Of a DNA stretch of 64,000 nt, positions 23,118-32,906 are shown piece after piece. Position numbers and translations under genes: made by a program. Under the pieces are notes generated by a model. The model searched no databases and was not told the DNA's origin. It saw only the letters and a program-made list of their open reading frames with translations. Source of the DNA: Cyanidioschyzon merolae (taxonomy: Eukaryota); the NCBI GenBank assembly GCA_000091205.1, contig AP006498.2, one strand, 5' to 3'. Positions within the stretch are counted from its first letter, which is position 1, and each line of letters starts with the position of its first letter.

Positions 23118-23771
23118 GCACCAGGGGTAGCGCATACACAACAGAAGAGCGCGTTTGACAGGTTCGCGGTTTCAACTGGAGTGAAACGTTAGCATAAATA
23201 ATTCATCGCTGTTGGAAAGCTCTCTGTGTTGGGGTTTATATATCCCATCAGTTTCAGGACGAATCGCGCTCTAAAGCGAATGATTCCAGACGTTGCATGC
23301 TCCTCAAGTGAACTTGTCATCAAAACTCGAGGCTTGCATCGAGCACAATGCTTGTCTCTTTTGTAGAAACACACACTGAAGCGTCGAAGAGCGCACGCTT
23401 CATCGTCACCAGAAAAACCGGTACTATCAGGCGTCGCGAACGCAAACTTCCCGTCCGTTCCAAACTGGTCTGCACCACCGTTCGAGGATTCCAGAGCATC
23501 GCGCCTTCAGCCCTGCGAAGAGTTCATGACTTGCGACCCGCATCACATCCTGGACGGGTACAATGGGCCTCCATTCGAGAAACCCTCCACATCGATTCGA
23601 AACATCAGGGCTTGTGTGTGCGCCATATTACAACCTGTTCCTTCTCTTGATCTGCATGTCCATGCTTTTGGGTGTCCGTGCAACGCTCGCCGGCTGCCGC
23701 CGTAATGCTATCCAGATTCACAAACAAAACTATGTAAATCAAACCAAAATCTCCAACCAAAGCGCGGATGC

Positions 23772-24737
23772 TCATCTCACGTATGCCAGGGCCTCAGTCG
23801 CACTGTGCGCGCCTGAATGCTGCAGCAGCGGCAGCAGCCGTTGCCCGGCAAAGTCGGAAACGAGACACTCCACGAAGAGTGGCCGGTTCGTCGGAGGCAT
23901 CTGTTGTGCATCCTGATCAGAAGAAACCCTAGTAGACTGTGGACGCAACTGCTTCAAATACTGGACCGTGCGCGCAAAGTCCGCTGCGCCCCCATCCGGT
24001 AAATCATCACGATCGACGCTTGTGAGAACAACGTCGTCAATATCCCAACTCGCAACCTCTGCAGCCACATTCATGGGCTCCTCAGGATCTGGTGGTCCTG
24101 GTCGAGCTGCAGTTTTCACAGCACAGAATCGGCATCCTCGAGTGCAAGTATCTCCGAGCAGCACGATGGTAGCGGCGGCGTGCTCCCCGTTCCAACATTC
24201 CCCAATATTGGGGCATTGGGCCTCCTCGCAAACTGTGGACAGTTTTCTCGCTCGGAGACTCTCCCGCAGACGAAGAAAGCGTGAGTCCGGACGGAGTGCT
24301 GCAACAGCAGGCACTCGAAACCATTCTGGGCGATTCGCTGGTTGTGGCGCTCCCACCCGAGGGTACGCGGTACCACCACTGTCCGCGTGTGCAGGAGAGC
24401 GCTCGCATGGCGTGGCACGCGCTACTGGCACAGTACGCCGCTTCAAGCCCCGATTTGGTGCAGTCCGGCTTGGCTGTGGCAGGGCATTACGAAAGCGGGA
24501 AGACACGAACCATGTGGATTTCGAAGCTGTCGCTGTGCGATATCGCCAGGTTTGGGCGAGAAAGCCGAGGCACGCCTCTCGAGGCTCTGCGTTCAACGTT
24601 CCGCTCAGCGCTACCTGGGCAGACTGACGGTCGGGGTCGACTCGAACCACGTTCGATGGTGCTTCTATCTGCAAACGTGCCGCTTCGACGCAACCAGACC
24701 TAAGCGGTAGCGGCTCGTCGGGCGAGGTGCCCACCAC
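23772..24737 (-). CDS. LIAS: Lipoyl synthase (radical SAM), N-terminal two-thirds intact. The ORF ends prematurely; see findings.
   Basis: PEWFRVP, the auxiliary-cluster motif [13 protein letters not shown], and the radical-SAM motif [23 protein letters not shown] is conserved. The ORF stops at ...ALAYVR* about 120 aa before the expected C-terminus. Confidence 0.7.
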   Translation of the reverse strand: MVGTSPDEPLPLRSGCVEAARLQIEAPSNVVRVDPDRQSAQVALSGTLNAEPREACLGFLAQTWRYRTATASKSTWFVSSRFRNALPQPSRTAPNRGLKRRTVPVARATPCERSPAHADSGGTAYPRVGAPQPANRPEWFRVPAVAALRPDSRFLRLRESLRARKLSTVCEEAQCPNIGECWNGEHAAATIVLLGDTCTRGCRFCAVKTAARPGPPDPEEPMNVAAEVASWDIDDVVLTSVDRDDLPDGGAADFARTVQYLKQLRPQSTRVSSDQDAQQMPPTNRPLFVECLVSDFAGQRLLPLLQHSGAHSATEALAYVR

Positions 24738-25012
24738 GACACCCCCAAGTCTTTGACCTCGCTGGTACGAGCGGCTCGAGCCGGTTCAACTGTTCGCCCC
24801 CTAGAGCCCAGACGCCACTAACAGTTCGGCTCCTGGTGGTAAAAGATTGCTTGACTTTGCTGAGCCCCGAACAGCACTGTATCTCCCAACAGCGCAGTAG
24901 ATAGCTCGCATAAGAACGGGTATGTGTCGTTGGAGCGCAAGTGCGTCCAAGGTTTCATTTGGTGTCCGGTTCGCCATCGTCGCACCTGCGCTGCAGTACT
25001 CTGGCGCTTGCA

Positions 25013-25245
25013 GTGCATTTGAAAACGGTACATTGAGCATTGGAGTTGCCCTAGATCAGTGCACTCTTGGGCACAGAGCAGGGACACGCTTCGACTGCGG
25101 CTCGTGTTCCATGTGGATGCAGCGCATTTGAAAACGGTACATTGAACACTGGAGTTGCCCTAGATCAGTGCACTCTTGGGCACAGAGCAGGGACACGCTT
25201 CGACTGCGGCTCGTGTTCCATGTGGATGCAGTGCATTTGAAAACG
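25013..25245 (+). repeat. Tandem repeat, 111-bp unit x about 2.1, intergenic (upstream of the lipoyl synthase gene)
   Basis: The unit gcatttgaaaacggtacattga(g/a)ca(t/c)tggagttgccctagatcagtgcactcttgggcacagagcagggacacgcttcgactgcggctcgtgttccatgtggatgcag starts at 25013 and 25124. A truncated third start is at 25235. Confidence 0.85.
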
Positions 25246-26034
25246 TTTCCAATGTATTCTCGAGCGGCGGAGCTCGTCGTGTTGGGATCGTTCCCAACGG
25301 CTCGGGGCTCGATGCAGTCGTTGGAAAGCGTGACGTTCGTGCACGCGTCCGCACCGAAACTGAAAATAGGGATGACCTAAACGAAAATTGACGCTCTCTC
25401 ATGTAATCCAAATTCGGAGCTGAATTCAAAGACCAGAACCGAATGCTTCTGAACCAGCAGCTACAGGGCATTGGAGGAAACGCACATTCGAGCGACGCAC
25501 AAGAACCCCGGACACAACCCCGTTCGCCGCGATCCACGTATGATCCGTACCCCAGTTCGAACGGATGCCCTATGTGGTACGGCAACGCCGTTCTGTCTCC
25601 GTGACGCAACTGTACCGAAGGTAAAGACGCTATTGCGGATGACTAGGGCAGGCATTAGGTGTGCGATAGAACGCATGAAACGACCAGAAAATCCGAGAAG
25701 AAGTTTCGGTAATGTGACTTGGGAGTAGGGTGTTTGATGGATACTTCAAAGCGCACTGAAAAACAAATAAAAAAGAAAGAAAAGAAAAAGCGCACAGTCG
25801 GAGAACGCTGGCCTAAGTAAACGTCTTGTCAATGAAAAAAGAATCCCGCTCGGTGAGCGCATCAGGGAGATCGGGCAGTCAACTGACAAGACGCGCATGT
25901 CGCCGTTGAAGAGAAAAGCGATCCTGATCAGGTGCGTGTTCTACCGGAACAAGTTGGATTTCCGTTGGAGTTTTACAAAAAAGCAGTTTTTCATTTCATT
26001 TGTGCTTCAAACCTCAAACAAGTCTAGTCCAGAG

Positions 26035-28370
26035 TTTTTTCGCAGTATATAACAAAAGCGTTCGAAGAGCGTTCTTTTTCGAAAAAATAAAAAGGAAAGC
26101 TATGAAAAGCAAGTCGACGATCCTGGAAGCCCAGTTTCGCCGGCTGCCAGAAAAAAAACAGAAAAACAGTGCCAAGTCCAGAAGAAAAGGAAGAGAAGAA
26201 GAACCGAAAGGGGGATACCCTACGTCGAAGGCCGCAAGAAAGGCAACTGCACGACGAGAAGGCGGTGAAAGCCTTTCTTCTTGGACATATCAAGGATCCC
26301 TGCAGGGAAAAGTTGCGAGACGCTATCGGAAAACTTGTCGACTCGTACTCCAAGAGTATTGTCAAGGCGTCGTCAGGACCGATGCATTTGGCCAGGGAGA
26401 CGTATCGCGACGTGACGCACATGGAAACAGTCGAGATGCCGGACGAGTCGTTCGACATGACCCTTATTCGATACCTGATGCTTGGTACAGAAAAAGCGCA
26501 GAAGGAAAATGAGCTTGTGCATGCCCTCAACGAAAACTTCGCGGAATTCTGCTTCGAGGGTACCAGAGACGGGGGTGACTCGGATATTTACGACTATGGG
26601 GCGATGAAGTACCTCACGAATCTGAAGAACCGTTTGACAACGAACCTCGAACGTTTCATGACACGCGCAGTGTTTGCACTCTACCCGGGCCAATCTCGCA
26701 ATGGAAAATGGACGATTATCAGTGGCATCACGAGAGATCGCAAGCGTGAAGATGAGGTCGAATTTGTCGATAAGAAGGCATCTAATGAGAGCACAAATGA
26801 AGCTTCTGTAATCCGTGCGGTTATACAAGAGCACCGCGCAGTTTTGGGCTGGCGAATCCAGCAGACAAGCTATCAGAGTTGAAAAAAGATACGGAGACAT
26901 ACTATCGCCTCATCCTGCGCGATTTCGTGTTTTTGGATCGAGAATTCGAACGCAAGGCGGAGATGAAGCTGAGCGAGGAAAAAATGAAGAGTGGGAGAGA
27001 CGGAAGGCTTTCCTAATGGGGAAGCGCTTCAACATGGTTCCAGTGTGCAACATCAAGTCACATTTTGTGACTATCGACTCCAGCGTCCTTCATGGCATCA
27101 TGAGGGAGATCAGTCCGGAGTTCAATGTTAGCAGGGAGGACTTCAACGGTGAAAACCGGGAGACGTACTGGAAGAATATCTTCGACTTCAAGCGTCTCAA
27201 AGCCAGCAAGCAAAAGGTATTCACTGAGATGATCGAAACCAATGGAGTAGACATGTGTATACACTATCGGCGGTTGAAGAGAGATCGTCCAGTCCTGCCC
27301 TCAGCGAAGCATGAAGATGAGAAGGGGGCGGATCCTGCGACGCAGGAAGTGCAGGATAACGACTTCGTCGCTGGCGCGGACTCCGGAAACACAAATATCA
27401 TAACCATCGCAGCACCGAAGCTTGCGGAAGATGGTGCTGACGGCAACTTACGTCAGAAAGACATGCGTCCTTTAAGGTTCTCGAGAGCGAGATACTATTG
27501 AGAATCTGGAATCATGAATGCGAGGAAGAAAACTGAGAAGTGGAATTCAGGAATGAAGGATCACCTGGAAGCTTTGAGCGAGGTGACGAGCCGAGGAGCA
27601 GACTTTGAAGCTTTTCGGGAGTTCATGGATGTTCGCGTTGCTCATTGGGATGCGCTGTAGGAGGAGTATACAAAGCCCCGGTCGCCTCGTTTGCGAATGA
27701 ATTCGTATTGTGGGAAGCAGCGGGCGTTCGCGAATTTTTCAATGAGTTGAGTGCCCTGAAGGAGGATGAAAATCAGAGGCTCGTAGTAGCGTACGGAGCA
27801 GGGCACTGGAAGACCCAAAAAGGGTGTACACCAGCTCCAACGACGAGAGCGTACAAGGAGTGCGCAAGGCGTCTCGTTACGATACCTGTAGATGAGTTCC
27901 GGACATCGTATACACACCATGAACTGGGTTGTACACTTCAGAGGGTGGAGATGGAAAAGTGCCAGCGGAGCCCCGAGGCTATAAAAAAGTACGGACCGCT
28001 CACAGAAGAGCAAATGGAAAGGAGAGCGAATGTTCGAGGGCCTGCTTGCATCAGTAAGTACAACCAGTGATGGTAAGAACCGGAAAGAGTTTGTGAACCG
28101 AGACTTTAACGCCGCTATGAATATAAGGAGATGTGCGGTGCTGGAGAACAGACCTCCAGAGTAGACAAGAGGGTATCTTGTTGGACAATCACTCAAGGTG
28201 GAACCATATGAGAAAAAGATGGAAGCAGTAGTAGGTGGCCGGTCCAAAAAGACTGGGAGGCGTCTGCACCTCGGTTGGAGACGTCTTGTCTAGGGCGGCT
28301 CGGTCGCCACTACTGTACACCGCTGCCGTCGTTCGACTTAGAACGGCGTTTGTTGTTGGTGTGTGTGTAA
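26035..28370 (+). mobile_element. TnpB/Fanzor-like (OMEGA-family RuvC nuclease) transposon relic, copy A
   Basis: The left boundary is defined by where homology to copy B begins (ttttttcgcagtata). The right boundary is where homology to copies B, C and D stops, just after gttggtgtgtgtg. It contains RuvC-I-like GADSGNTNIITIAAP, RuvC-II-like IPVDEFRTSYTHHELGC...C, and RuvC-III NRDFNAAMNIRRCAVLE. Confidence 0.6.
26102..28291 (+). pseudogene. Fanzor/TnpB-like nuclease gene of copy A, disrupted
   Basis: A K/R-rich NLS-like N-terminus comes first (MKSKS...KSRRKGREEE). The reading frame then changes at least 4 times (for example a +/-2 indel in the run gaggaaaaaatgaag). There are two in-frame stops relative to copy B (YY*ESG versus YYLESG, and DAL*EEY versus DALREEY). 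Confidence 0.6.
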
Positions 28371-28417
28371 TCGGTTGTTTGAAAGGCACAGCAGTCGCTG
28401 AGCACTGCTGGAATCCG

Positions 28418-30298
28418 ATGGGGTTTGCTGCAACGCCAGTTGCACGAGTGCTTTCTGTAAAAAAGCCGAGCTCGACGACGGCGAGACCGCGAAGCGTTTG
28501 GACGCCGTCGTTTAGGACACGGAAGAAAAGACTCGCGCCTCTTGTGGCAACGAACTCGCGCAAGACCAGCGCGGGGACGGGTATTCCGCCAGCATCGGGT
28601 CCACGGCCGAGGCAAGTATGGGAAGCACTATCGGCACGGGAGGCTGCGTTCTTGGCGGTCGAGTGTTCTCTGACTCAGGGTCATGATGTCGCCGAAGACG
28701 TGGACGGCAGTGATGCGCTCGACGGGAGGCCAAGCCAAGGGAGCGGCGGCGTTGGAGGCGCTCTCAGTAACAGGTACCTTCTGACGCAGCTAGCGCTTTG
28801 GAGCGAAAAGCACAAGCCCAGTCGCGTAGAATACGCACTGGCGAAGATTATCGCTTTTAATGCAGTTCGACAACGGGCGCTCTTTGACTATGTGCTGCAG
28901 ACCAACATCGTTCGCGATCGGAGCGCCATCGACCAAGAGCCGCACCGCATCAAGTCGGAGGGCATGCACCTATCAATAGCGCAACGTGCACTACTGCACA
29001 CGGCCCTGGCACAGTACGCTTTCATGGAACGTGTTCCCGTCTACACGATTGTTTTTAGTACAGTGGAGATAGCGAAGACTTATTTTGGGCAACGCTTCGC
29101 TGCATTCGCCAATGCAATTTTGCGCAATCTAGTTCGGTACGGAGAGAAGTACGCTGCCGACTTGGAAAGCCGCCGTCCAGCATCCTACATCGTGCGGCCG
29201 CTTCCGTTTCCCGCCGACGCCCTCGATGTGCGCTACTCCTATCCCGCAGTGTTTGCGAGCCGAGTTTTTGGCCAGCTTTTGAATCGGAAACGCCTGGTGG
29301 CCTTCCTGGAGGCCGGAAACATGACCCCGCAAACTTTTCTGCGCGTTCCCCGCCAGCATGCCCAGCATGAAGATTTGAAAATGGCCATTGAAAGGCGCTT
29401 ATTGGTCCCTTGGTCGGACCAAGATTCAACGGAAACAGTGAGTAGACCGTGGATCATTTACCGCGTCGACTTGCAGTGCGCTGGAGAAGATCCAGGTGCG
29501 GCCTTACCGCTCACATTGCCGAGCGCAAATGGTACGGGCTGGGCAGATGATCCGGCCAATGTCCTCACGAGAAGCCTTTTTCAAAGACTGCTGCAGCACT
29601 TTATAGCTCAAAACGTAACACAAGCAGAGCATACGTTTCTTCTCTGCGAACAGTTACGCCAACGCTGGGACAAGGAAAGACGGATCGCGCGGGTCCTGGA
29701 CCTCTGCACCGCACCTGGAGGCAAGCTTACAGCAGTTTTTGAGTACCTGCAGTATAGCGACCTCGGCGACGCGCAGACTGAATACATAGGCATTGATCTG
29801 AGCGATCAACGCATTCATATGGTCCACGAGAATGTCGACAAGACGCCGGGTATGCGCGAAAGTCGCGTTTTTGTCGGCGTTGCCCGTGGCGAGTCCTTTG
29901 TTGATTGCAGAGCGGGCAACATCTTGCGCAGTGAAGACGAGCGCGCTGTCAGTCCGTGTTTCGACCTTGTGATCGCGGACGTACCGTGTACGAATTCGGG
30001 GGTCTTGAATCGGCGACCTGAAGCCCGTTGGAGACTCGACGAGCAGCATTTTGCGTCTTCGGTACCACGCTTGGTTTCGCTCCAGGCGAGTCTTTTGAAT
30101 CGGGCGTGCCTTCTATCTCGCTCTGCGGTGTTCTACATGACTTGCTCAGTTTTGCATGCGGAAGGACGCGATCTTGTGCGGTCAGTTCTCGAAAATCACC
30201 GTGACTTTGAACTTGTTTGGGATCACCTGACCTACACGGATGCCGCTGGACGGGATGGAGGCTATGCAGCCATGCTTTGGCGACGCCCGTCTCATTGA
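28418..30298 (+). CDS. NOL1/NOP2/Sun-family RNA m5C methyltransferase with an N-terminal NusB-like domain (RsmB-like, probably organellar)
   Basis: SAM-binding motif LDLCTAPGGKLT. Catalytic motif DLVIADVPCTNSGVLNRRPEARW. NusB-like FANAILRNLVRY. The long ORF from 28235 overlaps the Fanzor-A 3' tail in another frame, so the first downstream ATG (28418) was taken as the start. Confidence 0.75.
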   Translation: MGFAATPVARVLSVKKPSSTTARPRSVWTPSFRTRKKRLAPLVATNSRKTSAGTGIPPASGPRPRQVWEALSAREAAFLAVECSLTQGHDVAEDVDGSDALDGRPSQGSGGVGGALSNRYLLTQLALWSEKHKPSRVEYALAKIIAFNAVRQRALFDYVLQTNIVRDRSAIDQEPHRIKSEGMHLSIAQRALLHTALAQYAFMERVPVYTIVFSTVEIAKTYFGQRFAAFANAILRNLVRYGEKYAADLESRRPASYIVRPLPFPADALDVRYSYPAVFASRVFGQLLNRKRLVAFLEAGNMTPQTFLRVPRQHAQHEDLKMAIERRLLVPWSDQDSTETVSRPWIIYRVDLQCAGEDPGAALPLTLPSANGTGWADDPANVLTRSLFQRLLQHFIAQNVTQAEHTFLLCEQLRQRWDKERRIARVLDLCTAPGGKLTAVFEYLQYSDLGDAQTEYIGIDLSDQRIHMVHENVDKTPGMRESRVFVGVARGESFVDCRAGNILRSEDERAVSPCFDLVIADVPCTNSGVLNRRPEARWRLDEQHFASSVPRLVSLQASLLNRACLLSRSAVFYMTCSVLHAEGRDLVRSVLENHRDFELVWDHLTYTDAAGRDGGYAAMLWRRPSH

Positions 30299-31353
30299 AA
30301 TCGCTGCTGGCGCGTTATTCAGCGAGCGGCGCTTTGGGGGTTGAGATGTTTAGGGCTTTGCTTTCACCGCAAACTTAGGTGTTAGGATTTCCTTTAGGAA
30401 CATTTCGTGCGTGATGCTTTAGAGTATGAGTTCTAAAACGTCTCTGTGTTCCTCTCTGGATGCAGTTGGTTTGGGCTTTTTCCGAACTGCGCGACTTCCA
30501 TGGCGTCGTATCTGGAAATGGAGCTCCAGCGCTTCATTCCGGAAATCATTCTGGTTTACTCGAGCGCAGCGAAAGCTTACGTCAGAGTTAAGCCTTTCGA
30601 GCTACACCGTGCACCAAGGCCCGCTACTTATCGCATTCGGAAGGTATTCACGTCGTCGCCGCGTGGTATGCCTCTGAATACAAAAAAGAAGCATGGCTTC
30701 CTTGGCGAACTCGGTATATCGTTTCAGTAAATGCTCGTTTTGCGTCCAGAGCACTGTATCGAGTTAATAAAAACAGCCTGGAGGTTTCGGTGCTGCACGA
30801 GTTGCCGACTGGTGAGGATCGTATTGGCGTATCGCCACCTGCTCGAAAAAGATTGACTTTATTCATCGATCATATATGCCTCTTAGGCGATATCTACCAA
30901 GCACCCGATGCAGGACAGTTGCCACGCCATATTGTCTCCATTCGTGGCATGCTTTTTTCGTTCCAGGTAAATCAGCAAACGTGATGGGTCGCAATATTTC
31001 TTATGAGCGTCCCTGTAACATTTGGAGCAGCGCATGTTTCCGAGGTGCTATGGCGAGGCGTTCTGCGCCTTGTGCTTTGCTTCCTGCGCGTCACGTGTTG
31101 GAAAGCGCGGGCTCCGCATTAAGACCTGTGGCGCCCATCGTGAACGCTGCAGGCTGCGTACGATCACGGCATTTTCCCTGGCCGCTCGCCATGGAATGCG
31201 TGCCTAAAAAGCGAACGAATAACGTCCAGAAATATCCAGAAATCTCTATGAATGAGCACACTGCATTCTTTTCTTACACAGATTCGCATACTGCACGCAT
31301 GGCGATACGATTTAGGGCATAACTAGCTCCGGCACGCTGTCTAAGCAACTGTT

Positions 31354-31908
31354 TTATAAACTGAAGAAACCCATGCCGTTACATTCGCGGCAAGGCCGCC
31401 CAAGCCCAGTGCCTTGGCACGGATAGCACGGTACCTCGTCGCCCAGGAAACCTTTCATTTTGCAGGAGCCGTTGCACATGAGACAAACGCTCCGGCGCTT
31501 ACCGTGGCAGGCACCACACTGGATCACTGGCCCGTACTGTTTCCGAAGCTGGCGACGCAATCTTTGTCGAAGAGTCGCTGCCGCTGGATCCGCGGCCGAA
31601 TTCACTAGAAACCGAATTGCTTCGCGAACTTCCTCTGGTGACAGGTACCCAGGTTCTTTGGATGCATCTCGACCGAAACCTTTTGCGGCCTGCATCCGCA
31701 ACAGCGGCCTCGCGCGGCTGAAGCGCACGCCACAGGCTCCTTGTAGTCTGCTCCGTTGCATGCGCCCAGCGGTGCTGCAGTATCTGCTTTGTAGACATGT
31801 GCATACGGGCTCCATGAACTGAAGAACAACCGAACAGCGGAATGTGGAGCCCAGCCTCGGAGAAGGTTCCATGTTTGGATGATAAACAAAAAGCTCCTGT
31901 GTTGACAT
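31354..31908 (-). CDS. DnaJ-type zinc-finger domain protein (BSD2/LQY1/PSA2-like small organellar zinc-finger protein). The ORF extends upstream to 32043.
   Basis: C-terminal four-fold CxxCxGxG repeat: CGACHGKR, CLMCNGSC, CYPCQGTG, CRECNGMG. The N-terminus is S/R-rich and resembles a transit peptide. Confidence 0.5.
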   Translation of the reverse strand: MSTQELFVYHPNMEPSPRLGSTFRCSVVLQFMEPVCTCLQSRYCSTAGRMQRSRLQGACGVRFSRARPLLRMQAAKGFGRDASKEPGYLSPEEVREAIRFLVNSAADPAAATLRQRLRRQLRKQYGPVIQCGACHGKRRSVCLMCNGSCKMKGFLGDEVPCYPCQGTGLGRPCRECNGMGFFSL

Positions 31909-32906
31909 TTTGGCGCACGAGTGATACCTGGGAATGAATCGACCCAGGTGGCTTCGAACGAGTTTCCTCTGGTCCGAAGAACCGTTCTCTAGTTTCTCAC
32001 GTGCCACAGTATCAGTCTTCAAGGAAAGTTTCGATTCAATCAAGGGGGCAAAGCGGCCTGGGATGCGTACTCCCGTAAAACGAGAAAAACAAGGTAGTCG
32101 CTCAGTTCTGTCTAGCAGGGAACGGAACGTTAAATCTATGCTCCTTTCGAGTAGAAGACTTTTGAGACGCGTCCCCTCCGTCCGCTACGTATAAGCGCTG
32201 AAAACTGGTATCGGACGTCCGTCGCGTACAGCCGATACGCAGGGACGCCTCTGGTTCCGGGCCTCTTGTTTTTAGGTAATCGACACCCAGAACGCGTTTC
32301 ACTTCCAGTGAGGTCCAATGCCAAAGACCCCGCGCCTTCCAACGGTACCCAAGTTTCACGAGCAACCTCGAAAGCGACACCCGTTCACAGCAACGATGGC
32401 GTGGCTGCGAACCGGCGGCGGTTTTTGGCAGAAGTAGCAGCTGCTGCTACTGCCGTCGCAGCTACCGAAAAAGCGTTCTGGGTGGCAAGCGACAATCGCG
32501 CTCTGCAGTGCACGGAGCTTCCAACACTAGAGCGCCTCTCGTCGTTGGCGAGTTTGCGTACTTCCAGCTGCCCGGTTCGCAAGTTGCAGCAGCAGAAGCA
32601 GTGACGTCAGCAAGCAACGCTAGGCGTGTCTGTGTCCAATGCGGCGAGCAGCGCCTGCTCGCAAGGCACCAGCACTTGTCGAGCGGAATACTCCAAAGGC
32701 GACGATAGAATGTGCTCGAAACAGGGAACACTGGGATGCTGGTTCTGTTCCTGCATGGAGATTTTCCAAACCTTATTTCAGGTCTAGAGCCTTGACATTC
32801 GAAGTGCAGCAGCAACAACGGCTTACGGATTCACACCTAGTCGTTGGATTATCTGTCATGATATCTGTATGGATATAAATGGAATGGCATTCGGCAGCAG
32901 CATGAT

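Noticed and set aside
25160-25609. A 149-aa minus-strand ORF partly overlapping the 111-bp tandem repeat
   Set aside because: It has no motifs and overlaps repeat DNA, so it is probably spurious.
27642-28247. A 201-aa ORF on the minus strand (MDRPPTTASIFFSYGSTLSDCPTRYPLVYSGG…), with similar ORFs at 54243-54748 (+), 60750-61202 (+) and 12382-12717 (-). They look like a conserved protein family.
   Set aside because: They are all antisense to the conserved 3' region of the Fanzor-like copies. The apparent protein conservation is just the reverse-strand reading of conserved sense DNA, and the sense strand carries the RuvC-III and zinc-finger motifs.
28235-28417. N-terminal extension of the NSUN ORF (MAGPKRLGGVCTSVGDVLSRAARS…)
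   Set aside because: This segment is the Fanzor-A 3' tail read in another frame, and the same DNA is conserved in copies B, C and D for a different reason. The first ATG beyond the element boundary was chosen as the start instead.
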